Both the position numbers and the translations under genes were made by a program. A stretch of 64,000 bases of DNA from Eledone cirrhosa (lineage: Eukaryota). A model generated the notes under the pieces. It searched no databases. It saw only the letters and a list, made by a program, of their open reading frames with translations, and was not told the origin of the DNA. Within the stretch, counting starts at the first letter, position 1; each line of letters starts with the position of its first letter. Shown in pieces: positions 39,217-51,184 of this stretch. The stretch covers positions 39,308,001 to 39,372,000 of the forward strand of contig OZ024754.1 in assembly GCA_964016885.1 (NCBI GenBank), written 5' to 3'.

Positions 39217-40668
39217 TCACTTTACAACATAGGTGTAGATATGGCTGTGTGGTTAAGGTGTTCACTTTACAACATAGGTGTAGATATGGCTGTGTGGTTA
39301 AGGTGTTCACTTTACAACATAGGTGTAGATATGGCTGTGTGGTTAAGGTGTTCACTTTACAACATAGGTGTAGATATGGCTGTGTGGTTAAGGTGTTCAC
39401 TTTACAACATAGGTGTAGGTATGGCTGTGTGGTTAAGGTGTTCACTTTACAACATAGGTGTAGGTATGGCTGTGTGGTTAAGGTGTTCACTTTACAACAT
39501 AGGTGTAGATATGGCTGTGTGATTAAGGTGTTCACTTCACAACATAGGTGTAGATATGGCTGTGTGATTAAGGTGTTCACTTTACAACATAGGTGTAGAT
39601 ATGGCTGTGTGATTAAGGTGTTCACTTTACAACATAGGTGTAGGTATGGCTGTGTGATTAAGGTGTTCACTTTACAACATAGGTGTAGGTATGGCTGTGT
39701 GATTAAGGTGTTCACTTTACAACATAGGTGTAGATATGGCTGTGTGATTAAGGTGTTCACTTTACAACATAGGTGTAGATATGGCTGTGTGATTAAGGTG
39801 TTCACTTTACAACATAGGTGTAGGTATGGCTGTGTGATTAAGGTGTTCACTTTACAACATAGGTGTAGGTATGGCTGTGTGATTAAGGTGTTCACTTTAC
39901 AACATAGGTGTAGGTATGGCTGTGTGATTAAGGTGTTCACTTTACAACATAGGTGTAGGTATGGCTGTGTGGTTAAGGTGTTCACTTTACAACATAGGTG
40001 TAGATATGGCTGTGTGGTTAAGGTGTTCACTTCACAATAAGTATGGCTGTGTGGTTAAGGTGTTCACTTTACAACATAGGTGTAGATATGGCTGTGTGAT
40101 TAAGGTGTTCACTTTACAACATAGGTGTAGATATGGCTGTGTGATTAAGGTGTTCACTTTACAACATAGGTGTAGATATGGCTGTGTGGTTAAGGTGTTC
40201 ACTTCACAATAGGTATGGCTGTGTGGTTAAGGTGTTCACTTTACAACATAGGTGTAGATATGGCTGTGTGATTAAGGTGTTCACTTTACAACATAGGTGT
40301 AGATATGGCTGTGTGATTAAGGTGTTCACTTTACAACATAAGTACAGTTACGGCTGTGTGGTTAAGGTGTTCACTTCACAATAGATATGGCTGTGTGGTT
40401 AAGGAGTTCACTTTACAACATAGGTGTAGATATGGCTGTGTGATTAAGGTGTTCACTTTACAACATAAGTACAGTTACGGCTGTGTGGTTAAGGTGTTCA
40501 CTTCACAATAGATATGGCTGTGTGGTTAAGGAGTTCACTTTACAACATAGGTGTAGATATGGCTGTGTGATTAAGGTGTTCACTTTACAACATAGGTACA
40601 GTTATGGCTGTGTGGTTAAGGTTTTCACTTCACAACATAGGTGTATATATGGCTGTGTGATTAAGGAG
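39217..40668 (+). repeat. 45-bp minisatellite (~32 units)
   Basis: aggtgtagatatggctgtgtggttaaggtgttcactttacaacat, with 36-bp variants at the right end. Confidence 0.97.
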
Positions 40669-41920
40669 TTATGTGGGAAATATTTTACTGAGAATTCACA
40701 ATTGTTCATCGATAAACGTAGCCATGCTGGATAAAACACCCCATTAGTGCGAATTATGTGGGAAGTATTTCACTGAAAATTCACAATTTTTTATCAAACA
40801 TAGCCATGCCAGATAAAACACCCCATTAGTGTGAATTATGTGGGAAATCCTTTTGTCTCTAATATTAATTTAAACAGCACACAAAAGAATACACACTGGA
40901 GATATTTAATCAACATTTGACATCTGGTCTCAAATTGTTACATTTACGAATGGTTATTTATTGCTTTTAGTGAATAAACTTGTATCATGGATACACATGT
41001 GTGTGTGCATGTGTAATGTGTGTGTGTATGTGATTTAATTGATGATTTAAAGCCCTTTCAATACCAACCTACCTGAAACCATCCATGGTTCCATGTTATA
41101 ACATTTTAACCCTTTAGCATTTACATTACTCTATATTTACTTTTGTATTTTCATGGTAAAAGGCTTTACCTCATATAATTATCTCATACAATATCGAATC
41201 TATGAGAATTTGGTATTTATTTTGATAACAATACCTTAACATAAGTATGAGTGACTGGTTACAGCCGGTTTGAACAGAAAAAGGTGAACAAATTCTGGTT
41301 TAAATGTTAAAGGGTTAAACTGTATATATTTAAAGTAAAACCTTCCATTACACTGCAAATTGGCAGAGTTTTTAGAACATCAGATAGAATGCTTTGCTGT
41401 ATTCATTGCAGCTCTCTTAACTCTAGGTTCATCTCCCATGATAAAATGCACCAAGTCCACACAGTAGTGTGGTTGGTGTTAGGAAAGGTATCCAACCATA
41501 GAAACGAAGCCAAAATACAGATCCGTATGAGCAAGATATGGTCTCCTAACCTATTTGTCTCATAACACAACAAACAAATTGTCTTACTCGTGCAAGCGTG
41601 GAAAAAATGAACGTATGATGATGAAGATGATGATGATGATGATGATGACACAAAGCCAAACTGTATGGTGAAAAGGTATAGAAAATTAATGCAACAGAAT
41701 TATGTTAGAGCACAGCAGGGATAGCTGAACAGTGAGTTTACTATGTAAGAAGTTGATAATATAAGCAATTGATGATAATAAAAATGAAAAGTTGATTGAT
41801 GTCAGAAGTCTCGCTATTGTGTCATTACAAAGAGCAGTCCATCAGGGTGACAGCTCAACAATAAGGAAATTACACTGACTGATTCATGGACAGATCAATA
41901 ATACACACATACACACACAC

Positions 41921-41958
<38 letters not shown>

Positions 41959-42147
41959 AACACCTATGTATATATATACACATATATACATACACACTCA
42001 CATATACATACACACATACACACATGCATACATACACACACACACATATATACATACACACATATATATATACACACACACACACATACACATTTATACA
42101 TATACACACATGTATATATATACACACACATTTATCTTTATAATATA

Positions 42148-42918
42148 TATGTGTGCAGAGGATATACGCAGACTAGAGAGGAACGAAGCTTGCATGCTCC
42201 GCTGGATGTGTAACAGTAATATACGTGAACGGCAAAGCATAAACGAACTAAGGAAAAAATTAGAGATAAGAGGGATCAGATGTTGTTTACTCGAGAGAAG
42301 GCTACGTTGGTATGGACACGTGATGCGCATGAAAGTCGATAGCTGTATAATAAAGTGCAGGGCAATAAAGATAGACGGTAGTCACGGAATAGGCAGACCT
42401 AGAAAAACCTGGGACGAGCTGATAAACTCCGACATCACACACTTACACCTCTCCAAGACAATGTCACTGGACCGAGACCTTTGGCGGTACTCAGTAACAG
42501 AGAAGACCCGCCTTACCTAAATCTATAGTAAAACCTACTCCAGCCAGTAGGCATCTCTAACAAAATACACCCCGTCCCACCACCCCCACCCCCACCCCAT
42601 CCACACCACCCCGTTCTATGTAAAGTTATGTTGGTGCCGCGCCATCCAGGCCGAAACAAATGAGATCGTGTAGGTGTCACGACAAAAAAACACACAGTCC
42701 ACGCTGTAATGTGGCCGTGTAGGCAACACGGTAAAAACCTCCCAGACCCACACTGTAAATGTGGTTGGTGTTAGGAAGGGCATCCAACTGTAGAAAACCT
42801 GCCAGACAGTCCTATGCGAGCAAGACAATCACTCTTGCCTCAAGTGGGACTACCCCCGTCCAAACCCATGCAAGCGTGGAACACGGACGTTAAACGTTGA
42901 TGATGATGATGATGATGA
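42148..42918 (+). mobile_element. 5'-truncated RTE-clade LINE (ORF2 C-terminus, 3' UTR and (GAT)n tail)
   Basis: Translates ...MLRWMC...RRLRWYGHVMRM...GRPRKTW...DRDLWR, with a stop at 42520. Confidence 0.9.
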
Positions 42919-43369
42919 TATATATATATAATCCATACAAGCGTGAAAAAATAGACTTTAAATGAGGATATATATATATATATATGCCGTCTAACCCATG
43001 CTAGCGTGGAAAGTGGACGTTAAACGAGGATGATGATGATGATGATGCATACATATATACACAAAGTCAATTGAAAATGTATCCAATTTTATTTTTTACC
43101 CATGCGAAATAATGATGTTAGGGAGAGAAAATTGCGCAAAATGGAACCACATACATTCATACACATGTATAGTTTTTTGGCAAGCTCAGTGGATGTGTCA
43201 GTCGCTGTCAGGTACCACACGTGTGTTATAAATAGAGCATGCATTTGTTATAAATAGAATGTGTATGTGTTATAAATAGAACATGTATGCATCATAGAAA
43301 GAATGTGTATGTGTGTGTTAAAATAATAGAATGTTTTATTATGTAAAACAATGTAATTACTTCTGATAA

Positions 43370-43675
43370 AGGAGATGATAGGAAGGGAGGGGTGGAGATG
43401 ATAGGGAGGGAGGGGTGGAGGTGATAGGGAGGGAGGGGTAGAGGTGATAGGGAGGGAGGGGTGGAGGTGATAGGGAGGGGGAGGGAGGGTGGGGGTTATA
43501 GGGAGGGGGGTGATAGGGAGGGAGGGGTGGAGGTGATAGGGAGGGAGGGGTGGAGGTGATAGGGAGGGAGGGGTGGAGATGATAGGAAGGGAGGGGTGGA
43601 GATGATAGGAAGGGAGGGGTGGAGATGATAGGGAGGGAGGGGTGGAGATGATAGGAAGGGAGGGAGGGGTGGAGA
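43370..43675 (+). repeat. G-rich ~22-bp minisatellite
   Basis: ggaggtgatagggagggaggggt units. Confidence 0.9.
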
Positions 43676-44831
43676 AGAACTGAATGAAATAGTGAGATAC
43701 TACAAGATAAAGTACTATTGGCTAGTAATATTTAGTAGATGAGGGGGGGGGGGGTATAATAGATGAGGTGAAGAGAAATATACTGCTGGCCTTTACAAGG
43801 GAAAGTTATCTGTTACACCATCATCATCAGCATCAACAACAACACCGCCACCACCACCACCACCACCATCAACACCAACACCAGATGACGACCACCACCA
43901 TCATCAACACCAACACCACCACCACCACCACCACCAACACCAGATGATGACCAACACCAACACTGCCACCACCAACAACACCAAGACCAACACCAACACC
44001 AGATGACGACCAACACCAACACCACCACCATCAACAACACCAACAACAACACTGCCACCACCAACATCAACAACACCAAGACCAAGACCAACACCAGATG
44101 ACGACCAACACCAACACCACCACCATCAACAACAACAACAACAACACCAACAACAACACTGCCACCAACACCAACCCCATCACCAACACTGCCACCACCA
44201 CCATTAACAACACCAACACCAACACTGCCACCACCACCATTAACAACACCAACAACAACACTGCCACCACCACCATTAACAACACCAACACCAACACTGC
44301 CACCACCACCATTAACAACACCAACAATAACACTGCCACCACCACCAACACCAACACCAACCCCATCACCAACACTGCCACCACCACCATTAACAACACC
44401 AACAACAACACTGCCACCACCACCATTAACAACACCAACACCAACACTGCCACCACCACCATTAACAACACCAACAATAACACTGCCACCACCACCAACA
44501 CCAACACCAACCCCATCACCAACACTGCCACCACCACCATTAACAACACCAACAACAACACTGCCACCACCACCATTAACAACACCAACAACAACACTGC
44601 CACCACCTCCAACATCCTCAACAACACCAACAACAACATCCAGTTCATTCGTCAGACAAAATAACTATGTTGTCTGATGAATGAACTGGATGTTCCTTGC
44701 AAGAATCACCTAGTCTCTTGAAACCTTCAGTAATGAAATAATTACATTGTGTTAATTATTATGTAACTAAATAGCTCTGTACAATACATAGAGCACTCTT
44801 TTTCCCTTTACCTTTTCTACGGAAATACTTA

Positions 44832-44900
<69 letters not shown>

Positions 44901-45169
44901 ACCTAAATACAAAGTAAAACCTACCAACTACAATAGCAACAACAATAACAACACCAACAACAGCAACAGGACAACAACACCAATAGCAACAACACCAACA
45001 ATAACAACTACAATAGCAACAACACCAACAACCACAATAGCAACAACAGCAATAAGACAACAATAGCAACAACAGCAATAGGACAACACCAACAACACCA
45101 CCAACAATAACAACAACAACAATAGCAAGAACAACTACAACAACAATAGCAAAAATATTCCCAAAATAA

Positions 45170-45542
45170 ATAATTGTTTCTACCTTAGGCACAAGGCCAG
45201 CAATTATCCAGTGCATTACTGGTACTTTATTTTATCGACCCCGTAAGGATGAAAGGCAAAGTCAACCTCGGCGGGATTTGAACTCAGATCGTAAAGGGAC
45301 GTAACTATGCTAGAAAGCATGGCGTCCGACCCTCTACCGATACTACAATAAATAATTGTTTCTACTTTAGGCACAAGGCCAGCAATTACCCAGTGCATTA
45401 CTGGTACTTTATTTTATCGACCCCGTAAGGATGAAAGGCAAAGTCAACCTCGGCGGGATTTGAACTCAGATCGTAAAGGGACGTAACTATGCTGGAAAGC
45501 ATGGCGTCCGACCCTCTACCGATACTGCCAATCCACCACCCT
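45170..45542 (-). mobile_element. Head-to-tail SINE family A dimer
   Basis: Two near-identical copies at 45170-45345 and 45351-45542. Confidence 0.88.
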
Positions 45543-46080
45543 AGCATGGCGTCCGACCCTCTACCGATACTGCCAATCCACCACCCTAGCATGGCGTCCG
45601 ACCCTCTACCGATACTGCCAATCCACCACCCTAGCATGGCGTCCGACCCTCTACCGATACTGCCAATCCACCACCCTAGCATGGCGTCCGACCCTCTACC
45701 GATACTGCCAATCCACCACCCTAGCATGGCGTCCGACCCTCTACCGATACTGCCAATCCACCACCCTAGCATGGCGTCCGACCCTCTACCGATACTGCCA
45801 ATCCACCACCCTAGCATGGCGTCCGACCCTCTACCGATACTGCCAATCCACCACCCTAGCATGGCGTCCGACCCTCTCCCGATACTGCCAATCCACCACC
45901 CTAGCATGGCGTCCGACCCTCTACCGATACTGCCAATCCACCACCCTAGCATGGCGTCCGACCCTCTACCGATACTGCCAATCCACCACCCTAGCATGGC
46001 GTCCGACCCTCTACCGATACTGCCAATCCACCGCCCTAGCATGGCGTCCGACCCTCTACCGATACTGCCAATCCACCGCC
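45498..46080 (-). repeat. 45-bp minisatellite (13 units) made of the SINE A 5' end
   Basis: The unit agggtggtggattggcagtatcggtagagggtcggacgccatgct is contiguous with the SINE at 45351-45542. Confidence 0.97.
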
Positions 46081-46374
46081 TTCGATACTACAATAAATAA
46101 TGAAGGAAAATCCTGTTTGCTAACAACAGTAATTGTAGAGTGAGGTGCAGGGGAGGGGGGTGATAGGTGAGATGTTTGGCAGTAAAGGTATAAAGATTGG
46201 AGGAGGGGGTTGTGGGGGGGAGGGAGCAGACGTGGGGGGGGGGTGATAGCAGACACTAAAGATGGAGAGTAGGGTGGCTGTTGGAACTGCAGCAGAGTGG
46301 GGGGGAGTCACTAAAGACGGGGGGGGGGTAGGCTAGAGAAGGAAAGAGAAAGAAAAATGCAAGGAAGAGAAAAA

Positions 46375-47720
46375 TTGTGGTGGTGGTGGTGGCTGTGAGA
46401 AAGATACAGTATGGTGGTGGTGGTGATAAGGATGCAGTATAGTGGTGGTGGTGGTGGTGGTGGTGGCTGTGAGAAAGATACAGTATGGTGGTGGTGGTGA
46501 TAAGGATGCAGTATAGTGGTGGTGGTGGTGGTGGTGGTGGCTGTGAGAAAGATACAGTATGGTGGTGGTGGTGATAAGGATGCAGTATAGTGGTGGTGGT
46601 GGTGGTGGTGGTGGCTGTGAGAAAGATACAGTATGGTGGTGGTGGTGATAAGGATGCAGTATAGTGGTGGTGGTGGTGGTGGTGGTGGCTGTGAGAAAGA
46701 TACAGTATGGTGGTGGTGGTGATAAGGATGCAGTATAGTGGTGGTGGTGGTGGTGGCTGTGAGAAAGATACAGTATGGTGGTGGTGGTGATAAGGATGCA
46801 GTATAGTGGTGGTGGTGGTGGTGGTGGTGGCTGTGAGAAAGATACAGTATGGTGGTGGTGGTGAGAAGGATGTAGTGTGATAGTGATAGCGGTGAGAAGG
46901 ATGTAGTATGGTGGTGGTGGTGAGAGAGAGGCAGTGTGGAGTGGTGGTGGTGAGAGAGAGGCAGTGTGTGGGGGGGGGGGGCAGTGTGGGGTGGTGGTGG
47001 TGAGAGAGAGGCAGTGTGGGGTGGTGGTGGTGAGAGAGAGGCAGTGTGGGGTGGTGGTGAGAGAGAGGCAGTGTGGGGTGGTGGTGGTGAGAGAGAGGCA
47101 GTGTGGGGTGGTGGTGGTGAGAGAGAGGCAGTGTAGGGTGGTGGTGATAGTGGTGGCTATGGGAAAGATGTAGTGTTATGGTGGTGGTACTTTATGGGTG
47201 TGTCACTAAGAAGTAGCAAGGTAGGTAAAAACTGCAGTTGATGGTGGTGAAGTTGACAGACAGACAGACAGATAGATTTCCTTATTTGCCACAAGGGTGC
47301 ACAAGAAATGGGACATTACATGACATATGGCAGAGATTTTACATTTAAGCATGTAAAAATATTTTAACAGACAGACAGAGATAGATAGATAGATAGATAG
47401 ATTGGTTGGTAGATAGATAGATAGATAGATTGGTTGGTAGATAGATAGATAGATTGGTTGGTAGATAGGTAGATAGATAGATTGGTTGGTAGATAGATAG
47501 ATAGATAGATTGGTTGGTAGATAGGTAGATAGATAGATTGGTTGGTAGATAGATAGATAGATAGATTGGTTGGTAGATAGGTAGATAGATTGGTTGGTAG
47601 ATAGGTAGATAGATAGGTTGGTTGGTAGATAGGTAGATAGATAGATTGGTTGGTAGATAGATAGATAGGTAGATAGATAGATTGGTTGGTAGATAGATAG
47701 ATAGATAGGTAGGTAGATAG
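46375..47720. repeat. GGT-rich ~78-bp and ~30-bp repeats followed by GATA/GGTT microsatellite
   Basis: Seen directly in the sequence. Confidence 0.9.
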
Positions 47721-48891
47721 ATATGTTTCTTTATTAGCCACAGGGGCACAAAAGAAGGGGACAAATACAAAGTTTACATACAATAAAAACGTGTAAAATG
47801 TTATCACAAATGCAATTTAAAAAGTTGGTAGATAGATAGATAGATAGAAACAGACATATATAGATATATTTCTTTATTTGCCACAAGGGCGCACAAGAAA
47901 AGGGGACAATACAAGGACAAATGCCGGTGATTTTAGATAGATAAATAGATAGATAGATGGATGGATGGATAGATGGATGGAGAGAGAGAAACAGACAGAC
48001 AGATTGACTGGTAGATAGATAGACTTGCAGTGGGGTGTAGATGGGGTAGGTGAAATAATGACAGAGAGATGAAATTTCAAGAGTAGAAGAGAATAGTAGG
48101 AGTATGGAGAATACTGTGGTTGCAAGATCAGGGTATATGAATGAATGAATGAATGGGTGTGTATGTAGGAGGGGGGGGGGCAGATGGTATTGAGTTGCTT
48201 AAAGCAGATAGGGAGCATTAAAGATGCAACGACTGATGGTGGGGTCGGGGTGGAAGTGAGTTTTCAGACTGTTTAAGGGTGTAAGGGTGTAATAGGACCG
48301 GGTGATAGCTAGGGAGATTGCATGAGAAATATAGTCTAGGTATGCAGGCTAATGGTGTATCCATGGCAGCGAAAATAGAAAGGGTGTTGTGTAGAAATCC
48401 CAGCAAATATTTCAGTGTTGGAGACTTCTCGGGGAGAAAAATTAAGGAACAAATAAAGAATAAATTTATAAAAAGAATTATCTGTGAATTTGGTCTCAAT
48501 GAAATACTAAACATATTTACTTGTGTGTGTGTGTGTGTATCTGTGTCTGTGTATCTGTGTGTGTGTGTGTGTGTGTATCTGTCTGTGTGTGCATGTCTGT
48601 CTCTGCGTGTGTGTATCTGTATGTGTGTGTCTGTCTGTGTGTGTGTATATGGGTGTGCATGTCTGTCTGTGTGTGTGTATGTCTGTCTGTGTGTGTGTAG
48701 ACAGGATTACATTGGTGTGTTACATAGTTACACCTAATTAACATATATCTGCACAACAGACATTACATACCATGTGTGTGTGTGTGTGTGTGTATATATA
48801 CATATGTGTGTGCATATGCATGTGGGTATATATATATATATATCAACATCATATATATATATATATATAATCTATTTTATTTCTCATTCTT

Positions 48892-48927
48892 TCTTCTGAT
48901 GAAGGACTAGCGTCCGAAACGTTAGGA
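48892..48927 (+). ncRNA. Putative minimal hammerhead ribozyme (Penelope-type)
   Basis: TCTT-CTGATGA-A-GGAC(TAGC)GTCC-GAAA-CGT-T-AGGA. It has an intact catalytic core, a 4-bp stem II, a palindromic stem III and a short stem I. Confidence 0.6.
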
Positions 48928-49187
48928 CCCTCTTCCTGCTATATCAAGCGTTAACCTAATATATTCCTTCCATATACTGTACTGATTGTGTTGTTATTTC
49001 TGTTTACCTTTTACATACATATATATATAAGAAAAGAGTCAGGACCCCGACAGCTGAGCTCCAGCCGTTTCGACAGCTAGATCCCGAAACAGCCGGAGCT
49101 CAGCTGTCGGGGTCCTGACTCTTTTCCTATTACCCACTCTACTACCCTAAGTATCGAGTACTCTGGTGAGTTACCACACTTTCTTTG

Positions 49188-49225
<38 letters not shown>

Positions 49226-49406
49226 TCACATAATCATCATCATCATATATATAAATATATATAGGGATAGTAACGTCAAGTGACAGGAGTCCGATGAGCT
49301 TTTGATTTCAGAGTCGGGCTCGATCGATACAGATCAAACCTTGAGCTGATCAATCACGAAACACACCTCAATAAATGTAATGAAAATTTAACACTTCACC
49401 CTTGTT

Positions 49407-49845
49407 CAGACGCCATGCTTTGCAGCAAGGAGTTATGGCCCTTTACATTCTGAGTTCAAAACCCACCGAGGTTAACTTTGCCTTTCATCCTTATGAGGTT
49501 GATAAAATAAAGCCCCAGTAATGCACTGGGGTAATTGCTGGCCTTGTGCCAAAAGTACCAGCAATGCACTGGGGTAATTGCTGGCCTTGTGCCAAACGTA
49601 GAAACATCATTATTATTATTATTATTATTATATAATTATTATATAAAGGGCGGTGGATTGGCAGTATCGGTAGAGGGTCGGACGCCATGCTTTACAGCAT
49701 AGTTACGTCCCTTTACGATCTGAGTTCAAATCCCGCCGAGGTTGACTTTGCCTTTCATCCTTACGGGGTCGATAAAATAAAGTACCAGTAATGCACTGGG
49801 TAATTGCTGGCCTTGTGCCTAAAGTAGAAACAATTATTATTATTA
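49407..49845 (+). mobile_element. Two SINE family A copies
   Basis: Truncated copy with a duplicated tail, followed by a full-length copy starting GGGCGGTGGATTGG at 49648. Confidence 0.85.
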
Positions 49846-50287
49846 TTATATAGGTACAATACTGATATCCCCAACACCTTTGGTTCCAGACCAGGTGTTG
49901 AATCAACCATTTTGCCAGACTAACAGTTATCAGGTAATAATAATTTAGAGTAAATTCCTAAGAGACTGCCACCATATTGTTAATAAAACCTTTACAACAC
50001 ACCTCTTTTTATTACCTAAAAACATATTACAAAGGTAAAAACACTCTCTACATTTTAACCCTTTAGCATTTAAACTGGTCGTATCCAGCCAGATTTTCTC
50101 ACCTTTCTGTTCAAACCAGCCATAACTGGCCACTCATACTGATGTTAAGGTATTGTTCTCAAAATGAATAATATCAAAATCTCATAGATTCGATATTATG
50201 TGAGATAAAGCCTTTACCACGAAAATGCAATAGTAAATATAAATGCTAAAGGGTTAATGGAAGACAGATTATCAAAGACTGAACAGA

Positions 50288-50540
50288 AATCTCTATGATA
50301 AACAAGTGTTGAAATAATAGGGGAGAACTATCCCATACCAGCTTAATACTATGGTAACCAATGATACTCCCTAACTTCCAGATCTCTATGATAGACTAAT
50401 GTTGAAATAATGGGGAACAGTTACCCCATACCAGCTTAATACTATGGTAACGAATGATACCCCCTAACTTCTAGATCTCTATGATAGACTAATGTTGAAA
50501 TAATAGGGGACAGCTACTCCATACCAGCTTAATAGTACGG
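50288..50540. repeat. ~90-bp triplication
   Basis: atctctatgata...ccataccagcttaatac recurs three times. Confidence 0.8.
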
Positions 50541-51184
50541 TAACAAAAGCTACCCCCTAACCTAGTGAACATACCCCACTCACAGTCTGTGAAAAAGATG
50601 AATTGTTTTTAGCCAAACCTCAGCCAACTGGGATATCAATAAATATTGATTTTTCTCTTTTATTTTTGTCTGAATGAGCAGAACAATATTTTAGCAAAGG
50701 GGGCAGTATGAATCAGTCCCTCCCCCCTTCTTGTCATTCAAATAAAACACTCAATGGATTAGAGATCGGCTGAATTAACACAATTTCTGCAAGCTCTTCA
50801 TCCCATATTTTATTAATACAATGCAAGAAAGACTGTGAATCTGAGTTTTTGTAGTTAGGTGGAGTGTTTCTAGCCCTTGTCCTAGTTACTAACAGATATT
50901 TTACTACCAGATTAGCAAGTTAGCAATGGCTGTCTATCCTAACTTTTAGTCATATTAGGAGTTAAAGCTAGTCTAAGAAACTAAAAAAAAAACATACTTG
51001 TCAGAGTGATTGCTGCCTTTGAGTGTTGAAACTTAGCCAACATAGTAGTTAGTCACTTGCCCTGCTAGAAATAACAGTCAAATCTCTCTCAAATCAGATC
51101 ACATTGTCTTAAAATGGAAAGGATATAGATATATAATGCCTGGGAGGTAAAATAACGAAAGGTTACAGCTACAATACTTTTCAT

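Noticed and set aside
39119-40734. Long ORFs on both strands / CRISPR-like periodicity
   Set aside because: Identical 45-bp tandem units with no unique spacers and no cas genes. The ORFs exist only because the unit is a multiple of 3 without stops in some frames.
45398-46100. 200-aa repeat ORFs ([15 protein letters not shown])n
   Set aside because: They are translations of the SINE-head minisatellite.
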